64,000 nucleotides of DNA from Macrostomum hystrix (lineage: Eukaryota; Animalia; Platyhelminthes). The DNA lies in contig CATNEN010000038.1 of the NCBI GenBank assembly GCA_950097015.1, positions 1,860,001 to 1,924,000 on the forward strand. Direction: 5' to 3'. Of this stretch, positions 42,276 to 54,998 are shown piece by piece. The notes under the pieces were generated by a model. It saw nothing but the letters and a program-made list of their open reading frames with translations. It did not search any database and was not told the DNA's origin. A program made the position numbers and the translations under genes. The number at the start of each line of letters is the position of its first letter. Positions within the stretch are counted from its first letter, which is position 1.

Positions 42276-42395
42276 CTGTAAACTTCAAGGTCCGATGAAG
42301 TATCGGCTCCTTTCATTTAAAAAGCATATATTTGTGGCAGGAGCTACTATAAGAGGCAGGTGCTACTATAAGAGTAGTACTATAAGTTAACTTGC

Positions 42396-42816
42396 AGTTC
42401 GAGTTGCTCTAGGGGCTTCGGGTGCTCTCTCGGCTTGAATAGACCTCTGTGGCGTTGCTGGAGCCGAAATTGAAGTCCTGCAAGGCTTTGGGACTCCTGC
42501 GACACCAAGCTGCTGCTGATGCTGCTGCTGCTGCTGCTGCTGCTGCTGATGCTGCTGCTGCTCTGCTCGCTGAGGAGTCTGCTTGGCTGCTGCTTCTGGT
42601 GTGGCAGAGGCAGCAGTCGCTACTGCGGCAGCTGCGGCTGCGGTAGCGATAGAATTGGTGGACGAATTCGAAGAGGAGGCGTCGAAGTTTCCTGAATCAG
42701 AGCTGGCGGATCCGGCCGAATCGCGGCTGCCAACAATGACACCGCCGGAGCGACGCTTTACGGCGGGCAGGAGTCGCTGCTGCTCCAGCTGCATCGTGTC
42801 CAAGCGGCTCTGCTGA
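42396..42816 (-). CDS. Middle exon of the SH3-domain protein (Ser/Ala/Gln-rich)
   Basis: ORF 42387-42803 stays open upstream to 42848. A phase-compatible acceptor ccgagcag| gives exon start 42816. The 3' boundary is inferred at ACT|GCAAGT (GC donor). Both boundaries are uncertain. Confidence 0.6.
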
Positions 42817-42983
42817 CTGCTCGGAGTTGGGATTGAGGTCGCGCGTGTTTACATCATGGGAGAAAAATGTTCATGAGGGGGTGCGAAACTTCTAATCTGA
42901 ATTTCAGGAATCGAAGCAGAAATATATACTTTTTTTATTTATAAAGATTATCAGAGAAACCAACTGCCTTCCCAGCAACTAAC

Positions 42984-43558
42984 AGAGGTCGCGGCGGTTC
43001 CGTAGCAGGCGAAGCCAGCTCAGTCTCGACCTCGGCGGGCAGCTCGCGCGCGTACTGCTCCAGGCTGGGCACGCGTCTCTCGCAGGTTTTGTCATGCTTC
43101 ACGGCGAACAGGAAGGGGAAATACCCGCTGCGACGGTCGCGCCTTCGGCTGCCGGCCAGCCCGAAGGCCCAGCGCTGCTGCACGTGGTACAGTACCCGGA
43201 CCAGGTCACCGCGGCGAACGCTCAGCTCGCCGGGTCGACCGGCGCGAAAGTCGTACAAAATCCGAGCTCGAACTCCGCGACGAATCGTCGGTGACAGCGG
43301 AGTCGACTCGGCGGACGAGCAAGTGGACGAAGAAGAAGTTGTCGACGTGTCGGACTCGGCGCTTAGCGGGCGCTCGGCCTCTGGCGTCGAGTCGCAGCTG
43401 TCGGTGGACGAAGAGGCCGATGATATTGAAGTGTTGGACGCTGACAATGTTTTCAACGACTCTGTGTCGTCCGCTTGCTGCTGCTGCTGCTGCTGCTGCT
43501 GCTTTCGCAGAGCAGCTCGGGCGAAGATGGGTGATTGGGCTGCTAATCGGCGTTGCAT
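42984..43558 (-). CDS. SH3-domain-containing exon (poly-Q, Ser-rich, then SH3 at ~43273-43095)
   Basis: VRARILYDFRAGRPGELSVRRGDLVRVL...RWAFG...SGYFP matches the SH3 pattern ALYDF...ELS...GD...W...G.FP. ATG at 43558. An acceptor tttaag| at 43604 suggests an upstream exon. Donor CT|GTTAGT at 42983 (phase 2). The spliced model is ~580 aa. Confidence 0.8.
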
Positions 43559-43854
43559 GCTGGCTGAACTATTGAACAACTGTGAGGACCTTACCAGAGA
43601 GCACCTTAAAAGTTGGATAAGTCGATATGTTGATTATTTTAGATAAATAGGTGCATAAGATACAATTTAGAACAGGTGCTCTTCAGAGTTATCTGACAGC
43701 CTTCAGCCTTCATTCTAATCTGTAATATGGCTGCTAAATGATCGACCTGAGAAAAGCTCAGCATGCTCATTTTGTGCGGCTGAACAATGAAATTTTCTTT
43801 GTTCACCTTGGCTTCAAATTAACTCTGCTTCTCTGTTCTAGGCTTCCTAGGCTT

Positions 43855-44868
43855 TCTAACATGTAATACCCAGAGTCTAACAGGTATTACCCAGAGTCTA
43901 ACATGTAATACCCAGAGTCTAACAGGTAATACACAGAGTCTAACAGGTAATACCCAGAGTCTAACATGTAATACCCAGAGTCTAACAGGTATTACCCAGA
44001 GTCTAACATGTAATACCCAGAGTCTAACAGGTATTACCCAGAGTCTAACATGTAATACCCAGAGTCTAACAGGTAATACACAGAGTCTAACAGGTATTAC
44101 CCAGAGTCTAACATGTAATACCCAGAGTCTAACAGGTAATACACAGAGTCTAACATGTAATACCCAGAGTCTAACAGGTAATACCGAGAGTCTAACAGGT
44201 AATACCCAGAGTCTAACAGGTAATACCCAGAGTCTAACAGGTAATACCGAGAGTCTAACAGGTAATACACAGAGTCTAACAAGTAATACCCAGAGTCTAA
44301 CAGGTAATACCCAGAGTCTAACAGGTATTACCCAGAGTCTAACATGTAATACCCAGAGTCTAACAGGTAATACACAGAGTCTAACAGGTATTACCCAGAG
44401 TCTAACATGTAATACCCAGAGTCTAACAGGTAATACACAGAGTCTAACATGTAATACCCAGAGTCTAACAGGTAATACCCAGAGTCTAACAGGTAATACC
44501 CAGAGTCTAACAGGTAATACCGAGAGTCTAACAGGTAATACACAGAGTCTAAGAGGTAATACCCAGAGTCTAACAGGTAATACCCAGAGTCTAACAGGTA
44601 ATACCGAGAGTCTAACAGGTAATACCGAGAGTCTAACAGGTAATACACAGAGTCTAAGAGGTAATACCCAGAGTCTAACAGGTAATACCCAGAGTCTAAC
44701 AGGTAATACCCAGAGTCTAACAGGTAATACCGAGAGTCTAACAGGTAATACCCAGAGTCTAACAGGTAATACCCAGAGTCTAACAGGTAATACCCAGAGT
44801 CTAACAGGTAATACCGAGAGTCTAACAGGTAATACCGAGAGTCTAACAGGTAATACCCAGAGTCTAAC
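43855..44868. repeat. 21-bp minisatellite (gagtctaacaggtaataccca), ~48 copies
   Basis: Direct tandem copies; source of the spurious LDSGYYL ORFs. Confidence 0.97.
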
Positions 44869-45506
44869 TCTAACTGGTTAAACTGATAGTCAAACAGGTG
44901 AATGTTAGTCTTTAAAAAAGGCACTTCGTGCAGTTCAGTTAAACAATTTTTTAGTTTTTTGCTTGAAAATCATGTTCGCTTTTTGAAAATCAGCTGCTCA
45001 ATAATTCGAATCTGGGCGGTATTTCGCACAGAAATAGAAGCCGATGCTTTTGAAGCACCTGCCCGCTGGGTAAGTGGGAAATGAGACGCGAGAGAATAAG
45101 GGAAAACAGGCGCGCACTCAGCCGAATTAGCTGCAGGTTATAAATCATTCACTAAAGCTGCTCTGGGGTTAGCGAACATAACCAGCCAGAAAATTTCCCA
45201 CAGGATTTTTCTCCCATTCCAAAAATAGTTTTTTAATCCCCCGCTACAATTTTCATAGTCTCCCAGATCCGGTGAGCACACAGACCCGGTTCTGCAGTTT
45301 CTGGGATTATTCTGAGCTCGTGCGCAAGTCGCGAAAGCAGAAGACGACATTCGTAAATCAAAGATGATAAACCAATCCATGGCATTGTTCTTCTCGCTCT
45401 TCTCGCTCTGTCAGCAATCGCGAGTAACTTTAATCTGCTCACGGGCCGATAAGGTGTGATGTACAATCTTGAGTGAGTCCACAAGGAGCTGGGGCGATAG
45501 CGGCCG

Positions 45507-46043
45507 CTCAAATCCATCGTGCGGCCCCTCAAATCCATGGTGCCGCCCCTCAAATCCATGGTGCCGCCCCTCAAATCTATGGTGCCGCCCCTCAAATCCA
45601 TGGTGCCGCCCCTCAAATCTATGGTGCCACCCCTCAAACCCATGGTGTCGCCCCTCAAATCCATGGTGCCGCCCCTCAAATCTATGGTGCCACCCCTCAA
45701 ATCCATGGTGCCGCCCCTCAAATCTATGGTGCCGCCCCTCAAATCCATGGTGGTGCCCTCAAATCCATGGTGCCGCCCCTCAAATCTATGGTGCCGCCCC
45801 TCAAATCCATGGTGCCACCCCTCAAATCCATGGTGCCGCCCCTCAAATCCATGGTGCCACCCCTCAAATCTATGGTGCCGCCCCTCAAATCTATGGTGTC
45901 GCCCCTCAAATCCATGGTGCCGCCCCTCAAATCTATGGTGCCACCCCTCAAATCCATGGTGCCGCCCCTCAAATCCATGGTGCCGCCCCTCAAATCCATG
46001 GTGCCGCCCCTCAAATCTATGGTGGCGCCCTCAAATCCATGGT
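45507..46043. repeat. 21-bp minisatellite (cccctcaaatccatggtgccg), ~25 copies
   Basis: Direct tandem copies with one frame-shifting indel near 45750. Confidence 0.97.
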
Positions 46044-46694
46044 AGCTTCATCCGCAGAGGCATGCGAAATTTGCTCATATAAAATACCCAACGGAAGTAC
46101 CTGTTCTAACGGCAGTCTATTTCAACAAATCGAGTTTCTATTGACAGACCAAATATTTCGGAGCAATGTCAATACAGCTTCTTAAACAGTATTTTATTAC
46201 TTGGATCACATCGTCAAGGATTATAGGAAGCTAAATTAAGGGATTATCTTGTTGGTCTTCGGATTAAAATGGCATCTAGATAGGCTGTTCTTCGTGACGC
46301 ACTTTTGTCCAAATCTCAAGCGATTGTTGAAAATCAGCCCCCGCTTGCAAATACGACTCAAAATATGTTTTTTCAGACCTGCTCATGGTTGCTATGATGA
46401 AATATTAACGAATCTCATTGCCCCGAGGCACCCGCGTCATCGAATATTCATAATTGCTGCGCTAACAGAGAAGCTGCACCAGATTCTTCGCTACAAGAAC
46501 TTTCTGCACGCAAGACTTCTTCTTGAAGATTTCCCCTCCTTCTTCTTATACTGTGCACTGCATGATTGATGCCTTGTACACTGATGCGGGATTTCAATGT
46601 GTCACTATATTTAGCTACTTCAAACTTTACATATTTGCTAATCAGATCCTGTTGGGTCAAGAATATAATGCGTAATTGTTCAGGCTGGAATGTA

Positions 46695-47516
46695 CACGCT
46701 AATCAATAGAGCCCTGGACTAAATATCGATCGTGTACCAATGTACGCACTCTGGTAATGTACATTCCACTCACGCTAATCAATAGAGCCCGGGACTAAAT
46801 ATCGATCGTGTACCAATGTACGCACTCTGGTAATGTACATTCCACTCACGCTACTCAATAGAGCCCTGGACTAAATATCGATCGTGTACTAATGTACGCA
46901 CTCTGGTAATGTACATTCCACTCACGCTACTCAATAGAGCCCTGGACTAAATATTGATCGTGTACTAATGTACGCACTCTGGTAATGTACATTCCACTCA
47001 CGCTAATCAATAGAGCCCTGGACTAAATATCGATCGTGTACTAATGTACGCACTCTGGTAATGTACATTCCACTCACGCTACTCAATAGAGCCCTGGACT
47101 AAATATTGATCGTGTACTAATGTACGCACTCTGGTAATGTACATTCCACTCACGCTAATCAATAGAGCCCGGGACTAAATATCGATCGTGAACCAATGTA
47201 CGCACTCTGGTAATGTACATTCCACTCACGCTAATCAATAGAGCCCTGGACTAAATATCGATCGTGAACCAATGTACGCACTCTGGTAATGTACATTCCA
47301 CTCACGCTAATCAATAGAGCCCGGGACTAAATATCGATCGTGTACCAATGTACGCACTCTGGTAATGTACATTCCACTCACGCTAATCAATAGAGCCCTG
47401 GACTAAATATTGATCGTGTACTAATGTACGCACTCTGGTAATGTACATTCCACTCATGCTAATCAATAGAGCCCTGGACTAAATATTGATCGCGTACCAA
47501 TGTACGCACTCTGGTA
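46695..47516. repeat. 76-bp tandem repeat, ~11 copies
   Basis: Unit cacgctaatcaatagagccctggactaaatatcgatcgtgtaccaatgtacgcactctggtaatgtacattccact; copies start at 46695, 46771 and so on. Confidence 0.97.
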
Positions 47517-48515
47517 CGCTCGTAATGTACATTTATCTCGCAAAGTTCTACAGGAAAAATGAGCTTTTTATGTAGATTGAACGATATTTACACATGAGCA
47601 GTTTGATCTGTCCCTTGGTTCGGGTTTCCTAGCAGTTCTCAAAGCTCTATGAACAATTGCTAGTTAAAAGCACAGTACGGTCGGTCCACACAATAGCAGA
47701 GAAGCGAAACAAGAGAAGGCAAATAAAAATGCATGGGCGTGGTCACTGGATGGTCGAGAAGGGCAAGGGGGATGTAATGATAGATATTCACGTAAAACAG
47801 GCAGTGCGGTTAAGACATAATGAGCGATTTGAACCCTTCGTTTAAGAAAGATGAAAGCAATGCGACTTGGGGAGGTTGACAGGGGCCGGAAAGACGGGAG
47901 GCAGTGATTGACGAGCAGGCACAGTCACTGATTATCCCCCATTGATATCACACAGGCAGGTAGAAAATCAATAAATGCGCTGGCTGTTGGACAAGCTGTG
48001 TCTAATTTAAACAGCACATGCTCAATGGCCTGGAATTTACTGCTTTCGTGCTGTACTTTGAGCGACAAAAGACAGCTTAATGTGTCGTATAAACTTTGCG
48101 AGTATGAAAAGGTACATGTCAATCACTGCCGCCTTGTGGACCGTCCGGTTTCAAAGAGCAATCTTTTCAGAATCACGAATTGGGAAGTTCGGCCTTGAAA
48201 CTCCCCAGTTGCCAATTGAAATTGACAGCCGACTTTGTCAGGGGATCAAAAAACTCTAAGGCTGCACTGGCCAGGAGGAGATTAAAGTGGGGGCTTAGAA
48301 AAAATGGGAAAAGTGCAGGGAAATGTGTACAGGAAAAGGTGACAAATTGGAATGCCGAGTTAGCTGCGACCGTAACCCAGTGACGAATGCAGACGAAATA
48401 CAGCTGGATTAGTGCAAAGCACCAAATGGGGATAACAGCCATTATCAGCCATGGCTGATGGCTGATTGTCTGCACCAGCAGCTTATCGCAGCCCCGGCCT
48501 TTGGTAATAGCGCAA

Positions 48516-49456
<941 letters not shown>

Positions 49457-50106
49457 AAGTACTTGGCATAGGGAGAAATGATGGAGAACAGGGATAAGGT
49501 AGCAAGGAGTCTGTCGCGTGGCTACACAAGCTCCCAGAAGCACAAGAGGAGTGGATCGCAGAGTAAAGTGCGAAGACCTCACAGGGCGGTGTGACAGTGG
49601 AAAATTAGATTTTCGCAGGCTCTAAGCCGCACTGTTCATTTTGGCCACCGTTGGATCTCGGCATCGCTAGCTATCTCCAAGCGGTGCCCACTGCACTGGG
49701 TGGGACAAATCTTGTTTTGGATCCTATGCGGTGTGTTTTCTTGGCACCGCGTGCATTAATGCCCGCCTGCTTAAGTGGGATTCGGTGTGTCACAAAATTT
49801 ATGACAATATGTGCGCCAATATGAGGATAAATAGACCATCATCAATATTCTCGTACTAATGCTTCGGGCTCAGTGATGTAAAATGTGACAGCCTGTACTC
49901 TTTGTCAAGCTTGATCTCATTTCCTGCCCCAAAATGTGGTTCATTATTCTCATGATAGGGTGCATTGAGCAGCCAGTGAGAATAGCATTGATAAATTAAT
50001 TCCCAATGCCACACACACTAGCACACACACAGTGCCCGCATAGCAACTAATGCTTCGGAGCGAGGATTCGCTGTAAAACTTGTAACATTTGGAGATGGGA
50101 AGTTTT

Positions 50107-50997
50107 GGGATGTGAAGTTTAGGGGATGTGAAGTTTAGGGGATGTGAAGTTTAATGGATGTGAAGTTTAGGGGATGTGAGTTTAGGGGATGTGAAGTTTA
50201 GGGGATGTGAAGTTTAGGGGATGTGAAGTTTAATGGATGTGAAGTTTAGGGGATGTGAGTTTAAGGGATGTGAAGTTTAATGGATGTGAAGTTTAGGGGA
50301 TGTGAAGTTTAGGGGATGTGAAGTTTAGGGGATGTGAAGTTTAGGGGATGTGAAGTTTAGGGGATGTGAAGTTTAATGGATGTGAAGTTTAATGGATGTG
50401 AGTTTAGGGGATGTGAAGTTTAGGGGATGTGAGTTTAAGGGATGTGAAGTTTAATGGATGTGAAGTTTAGGGGATGTGAAGTTTAGGGGATGTGAAGTTT
50501 AGGGGATGTGAAGTTTAATGGATGTGAAGTTTAATGGATGTGAAGTTTAATGGATGTGAGTTTAGGGGATGTGAAGTTTAGGGGATGTGAGTTTAAGGGA
50601 TGTGAAGTTTAATGGATGTGAAGTTTAGGGGATGTGAAGTTTAAGGGATGTGAAGTTTAGGGGATGTGAAGTTTAGGGGATGTGAAGTTTAATGGATGTG
50701 AAGTTTAGGGGATGTGAAGTTTAATGGATGTGAAGTTTAGGGGATGTGAAGTTTAAGGGATGTGAAGTTTAAGGGATGTGAAGTTTAATGGATGTGAAGT
50801 TTAATGGATGTGAAGTTTAATAAATGTGAAGTTTAGGGGATGTGAAGTTTAGGGGATGTGCAGAAGTTTAGGGGATGTGAAGTTTAGGGGATGTGAAGTT
50901 TAAGGGATGTGAAGTTTAATGGATGTGAAGTTTAGGGGATGTGAAGTTTAAGTGATGTGAAGTTTAGGTGATGTGAAGTTTGGGGATGTGAAGTTTG
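50107..50997. repeat. 17-bp minisatellite (ggatgtgaagtttaggg / ...taat), ~52 copies
   Basis: Direct tandem copies with degenerate flanks to ~51110. Confidence 0.97.
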
Positions 50998-51720
50998 TGC
51001 GATGCAGAGGTTGGGGTGTGAAATTCGGGGATATAGAATTTGGGAGTGGGAAATTTTGGGATGGGATATTTAGGGGAAATTTAAATTTAGACAGTGGGAA
51101 ATTTGCAGGTTGCGAAATTAGACAGCCTAGTCCGAGTGAGGTTTTTTCTAAGAGGTTTTTTCTATTTCAAATTGAATTTTCTCAGCCGGAAACCAGACTG
51201 GCGGGCGTGTCTGCAATGGACGCCGTGGAGGTTTTGCCGCCTTAGATTCTTTAAAAATAAAGAGATAAAAAATCCCTCTTCTTAAAGGCAAATAATTTAT
51301 TTCAACTTTTTTAAAGATTTCAGATCCACAGCTCTTGAGACTTTGTTGCTGAGAGGCGGTGCTTTGAAGTCTGCCTGTCCCTATAGTCGCAGTCTAGGCA
51401 TATTCCTGATTACAGAGGACACCCGCTCAGCTCACTGACGAAATCACCTGCGTCACTAGGGGCTGGAGAGTGGAATTGTACCGGTAATTCTTTTTCTGCA
51501 AGCGAAATAGATTTCCTGAGCACACGAAACCAGATCAAAGGGCTCACGAAGCTTAGAGGGTTTTTCTACAATCCACTAGTAGCCAAATCGTGTACAGGTG
51601 ACACGGTCCATAGCACCAAAGGTTTAGGGGGTATGCTATCAGGGAATGCTTTGGATAAAAAAAATTTTTACTAACTTTGCAAATCGCTGCTGATTTGGAC
51701 TGTCAAAAAACTATAACTTG

Positions 51721-51956
51721 CTTTGGGAAATCCGAAATTTATTTGGTAAATCCCTAATATTTTTGGGAAATCCCGAAACTTTTTAGGGAAATCCCAAAAA
51801 TACTTGTTTAGGTAAATCCGCACTGTGTTTAAAATGCCTTAACTTGTTTGGGAAGTCCTGAAATTATTTTAGGAAATGACTAATTTTTTGGAATACCTAG
51901 TATGTTTGGGAATTCCCTAGTTTGTTTGGGAAATCCCAGATTTCTTTGGGAAATCA
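51721..51956. repeat. Degenerate ~20-bp tandem repeat with core TTTGGGAAATCCC
   Basis: About ten diverged copies separated by variable AT-rich linkers. Confidence 0.75.
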
Positions 51957-52159
51957 ATAATATGATTGGTGACACGGGTCTCTGGGAAGTTATGTCAAAC
52001 TGCTGAACTAACTTATGCTAAATGTTGAAAAGAATAACTTAACGGAAAATCCCAAATCCCAAAATCACAAAAAAATTTAAAAAGTTAAATAAATAAGGAA
52101 AAACTCAGAGTACACTAGTTAACGAGAGTGGGCCAGCTGTGCAGCCAGTGACACTATTA

Positions 52160-52306
52160 CGCGGCTCTTCCAAAAATAGTGTACAGCTGTTCGGTCCATG
52201 GACTGGGGAGGCCGCCACGCCAGTTTCTACTCCAGCAAAACCTGAATGCCCATTTTACAGCTGGGTGAACTGAAGCTCTAGGAAATTTTAGTGTCCTACT
52301 CAAAGA
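52160..52306 (-). mobile_element. CORE-SINE-like fragment
   Basis: The minus strand reads tctttgagtaggacactaaaatttcctagagcttcagttcacccagctgtaaaatgggcat. This resembles the MIR/CORE motif ccttgggcaag..actt....ctcagtttcctcatctgtaaaatggg, recalled from memory. No tRNA head is seen. Confidence 0.55.
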
Positions 52307-53361
52307 AAAAAAACAGTTTTTTTCCCGTGCTTTGCTCAGCATGACGCAGAAGCATTTTCTCATCCTGTCCCGGAAGTTCATCTGTCTGACTCGCCAGTTT
52401 TCAAATTGCGGGCACAGGTCGCGCTGGGACCCAAAATGAGCTCAAATTGAGCAACGCAAATTCGACAAATGGAAAAGGCGACGTCTTGAGACCGCCGCAC
52501 TGATTGAATCGAGTTCTCAACCGCCTGCTCGTGAGGATTCAATATTTACACCGCCCGTGGCGCAGGCCAGCAGTGTACTCACAAGCTGCGGAGCGCACTT
52601 CACCGTCGGAAATTGGGTTGCCAAGCCAAGCTCAGCCATTCTCAGCCTCTTCAGCGCAAATAAATAAGCACCACACTGGTGGGTTGGGAGGCCTCGCTAC
52701 TCAAAAGTCTGGTGAGTACTCAACGCGTTCTCGCCTGTCCCTAATGTCATGGGCCTCAACTGACAGACAGGTCTCAATTGGGAATTCATTCTGCCAATGC
52801 ATTGTTGCGACTATAAGACGCTGCTATAGGCGAGAGCAGAGCAGCCAGACTGTACAATAGCCCGGGTGTTTTCCATGCTTCTCAGTTGGAAGGAAGGCAA
52901 AGTTTTCTGTATGTTGGTACACCATTTTTTTGGCCAAATGTTTCTGAGGCGCGCGCAGAAACTTCCTCCATTGTGCGCGCGCATCTACAAGTTTCTGAAG
53001 CTTCTTAAGCCTCCGCATCAGCTAAGATGCCTCTTAAGCCAGCAAGGCCAAGCACAAGCTGGCGGGCCTTGGAGTTTTTGGTTAGCCCCGGCCCCTCGCA
53101 GCAGGACCGGCACAGCCGCTGCCAACAACCCGTGCAGATGGGGGACATTGTAGAGCAGCAGGAAAACGAGGCTTCTAGGTGTTGCAAGTTGTTCAGCAGC
53201 TCCAAGATCAGTTCCAGCTGCTGCGTTTTTGCAGTAGAAACCGTTGGTTTTCCCATTTTTTCAGAACTCTGGGCACAGTGACAAATATTTAGTTTTCCAA
53301 TGCTGACATTCAGGATAATAAACAATAACTGATTAGATGTGTAAAAGTAATGTATTTGTAA

Positions 53362-53980
53362 CCAGGGTTGATATCTAACAGAAATTAATGTCTAACAGAA
53401 ATTTATATCTAACAGAAAGTGTTTTCTAACAGGGATTGATATCTAACAGGGGTTGATTTCTAACAGGGATCGATATCTAATAGGGATTGATATCTAACAG
53501 AAATTGATATCTAACAGAAATTGATATCTAACAGAAAGTGATATCTAACAGGGATTGATATCTAACAGAAATTGATTTCTAACAGGGATTGATATCTAAC
53601 AGGGATTGATATCTAACAGAAATTTATATCTAACAGGGATTGATATCTAACAGGGATTAATATCTAACAGGGATTGCTATCTAACAGGGATTGATATCTA
53701 ACAGAAATTTATATCTAACAGGGATTGATATCTAACAGGGATTGATATCTAACAGAAATTGATATCTAACAGGGATCGATATCTAATAGGGATTGATATC
53801 TAACAGAAATTTATATCTAACAGGGATTGATATCTAACACGGATTGCTATCTAACAGGGATTGATATCTAACAGGGATTGATATCTAACAGGGATTGCTA
53901 TCTAACAGGGATTGATATCTAACAGAAATTGATATCTAACAGGGATTGATATCTAACAGGGATTGATATCTAACAGGGAT
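53362..53980. repeat. 17-bp minisatellite (gggattgatatctaaca), ~36 copies
   Basis: Direct tandem copies. Confidence 0.97.
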
Positions 53981-54064
53981 AAATGATATATGTAACTGGA
54001 ATTAAGCATATATTTAACGAGAATTGGTTATAAGTATAATCAACGTGTGCTATCTAAAGTTGTT

Positions 54065-54240
54065 GGGGGCAGTAGCCTAGCCGTTAGAGCGTAAGACTCA
54101 TGACATGAAGGTCAGGGGTTCGATTTCCGACTCTATCGATACAATTTGTGCCCTTTAGTTAAACTTTTAAACAATAGCTGCGGCTGTGCTGTTGGCTGCA
54201 CATCTGACCCATGTGCAGGTGTAAGGGGAAGGTGTAATCA
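54065..54240 (+). mobile_element. Degraded tRNA-derived SINE head or tRNA(Met)-like pseudogene
   Basis: gggggcagtagcctagccgttagagcgtaagactcatgacatgaaggtcaggggttcgatttcc contains an A-box-like TAGCCTAGCCG, a loop CTCATGA and a B-box GGTTCGATT at tRNA spacing. The stems do not pair well. Confidence 0.55.
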
Positions 54241-54998
54241 ATTATTGTTATTTAATTATCTACGAGCGTATTATCTAACAGGAAAGTGCTTCTTCAAATA
54301 GTAAAAGCAGCAAAAGACAGCAGCTTCGGTTTGAGAGCTATGGTGAAGTAGGCAGTGGGAATTTGAAATGCCCGTGGGGGGTATGTCCTGGTCTTTCTAC
54401 TCGTACTGTTACCACACTGTCTATCGGCAGCTCACCTGACACAGGACTCCACCGCAGCTTCAGCGAATCTCCGACTGCAGGACGCAGACAATGCGCCGAT
54501 TTTTGTTGGCCATTGAAGCAGAAAGTTAGAAAATCCCCACCGTTTGCTCAGTTATCCCTACTGGAGACAGCGGGGATATCGGAATTTCGACTGTGAGTGA
54601 GACAAGAGGATCAGAGCCAGTAGCTGTTCCCTCATCCCTGTTTTGATTGCAGCCAGAAAGCAGGCAGGTTGCCCTACTGGCCTGTCGCTGCCAAATCCAC
54701 AAAGCCCCATGAACGCAGCCAATGGCAACAGCCAGGGATGTGTGCCCTTTTTTCTCCCATTGGAGATTTGGTCTGACATGAACAGCCATGCGTACAGCTG
54801 TTCATATTCATGAAAGCCAATGATCTCTTTTTTATTGGCACTTTGGGTTCGATGCTCAAGGATGGTGGGATCTGCATACTAAAAGGATCATGCTACGGGA
54901 TCATGCTCAACGATCATACTCAAGGAAATAAGGGCTACTAAAGTAAATAGTATATTACCTAAGGTACTTCACTCTACTGCATATTAGTAAAGCATTAT

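Noticed and set aside
41499-43646. Plus-strand ORFs with poly-Ala/poly-Cys overlapping the SH3 gene
   Set aside because: Antisense shadows of GC-rich, CAG-repeat-containing exons.
44097-46185. Repetitive ORFs (LDSGYYL)n, (PQIHGAA)n, (PLKSMVP)n, (MDLRGGT)n
   Set aside because: Products of 21-bp minisatellites that are open in several frames, with stops or frameshifts within the arrays and no gene context.
46695-47516. 76-bp array considered as a CRISPR array or hammerhead-ribozyme satellite
   Set aside because: There are no unique spacers or cas genes, the context is eukaryotic, and I found no CUGANGA...GAAA core on either strand.
50107-50997. TTTAGGG/TTAGGG telomere-like motif
   Set aside because: It occurs only as part of a 17-bp unit and is often mutated to TTTAATGG; it is not a tandem telomeric tract.
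54065-54137. Functional tRNA-Met gene
   Set aside because: The acceptor, anticodon and T stems do not pair, so it is treated as a SINE head or pseudogene.
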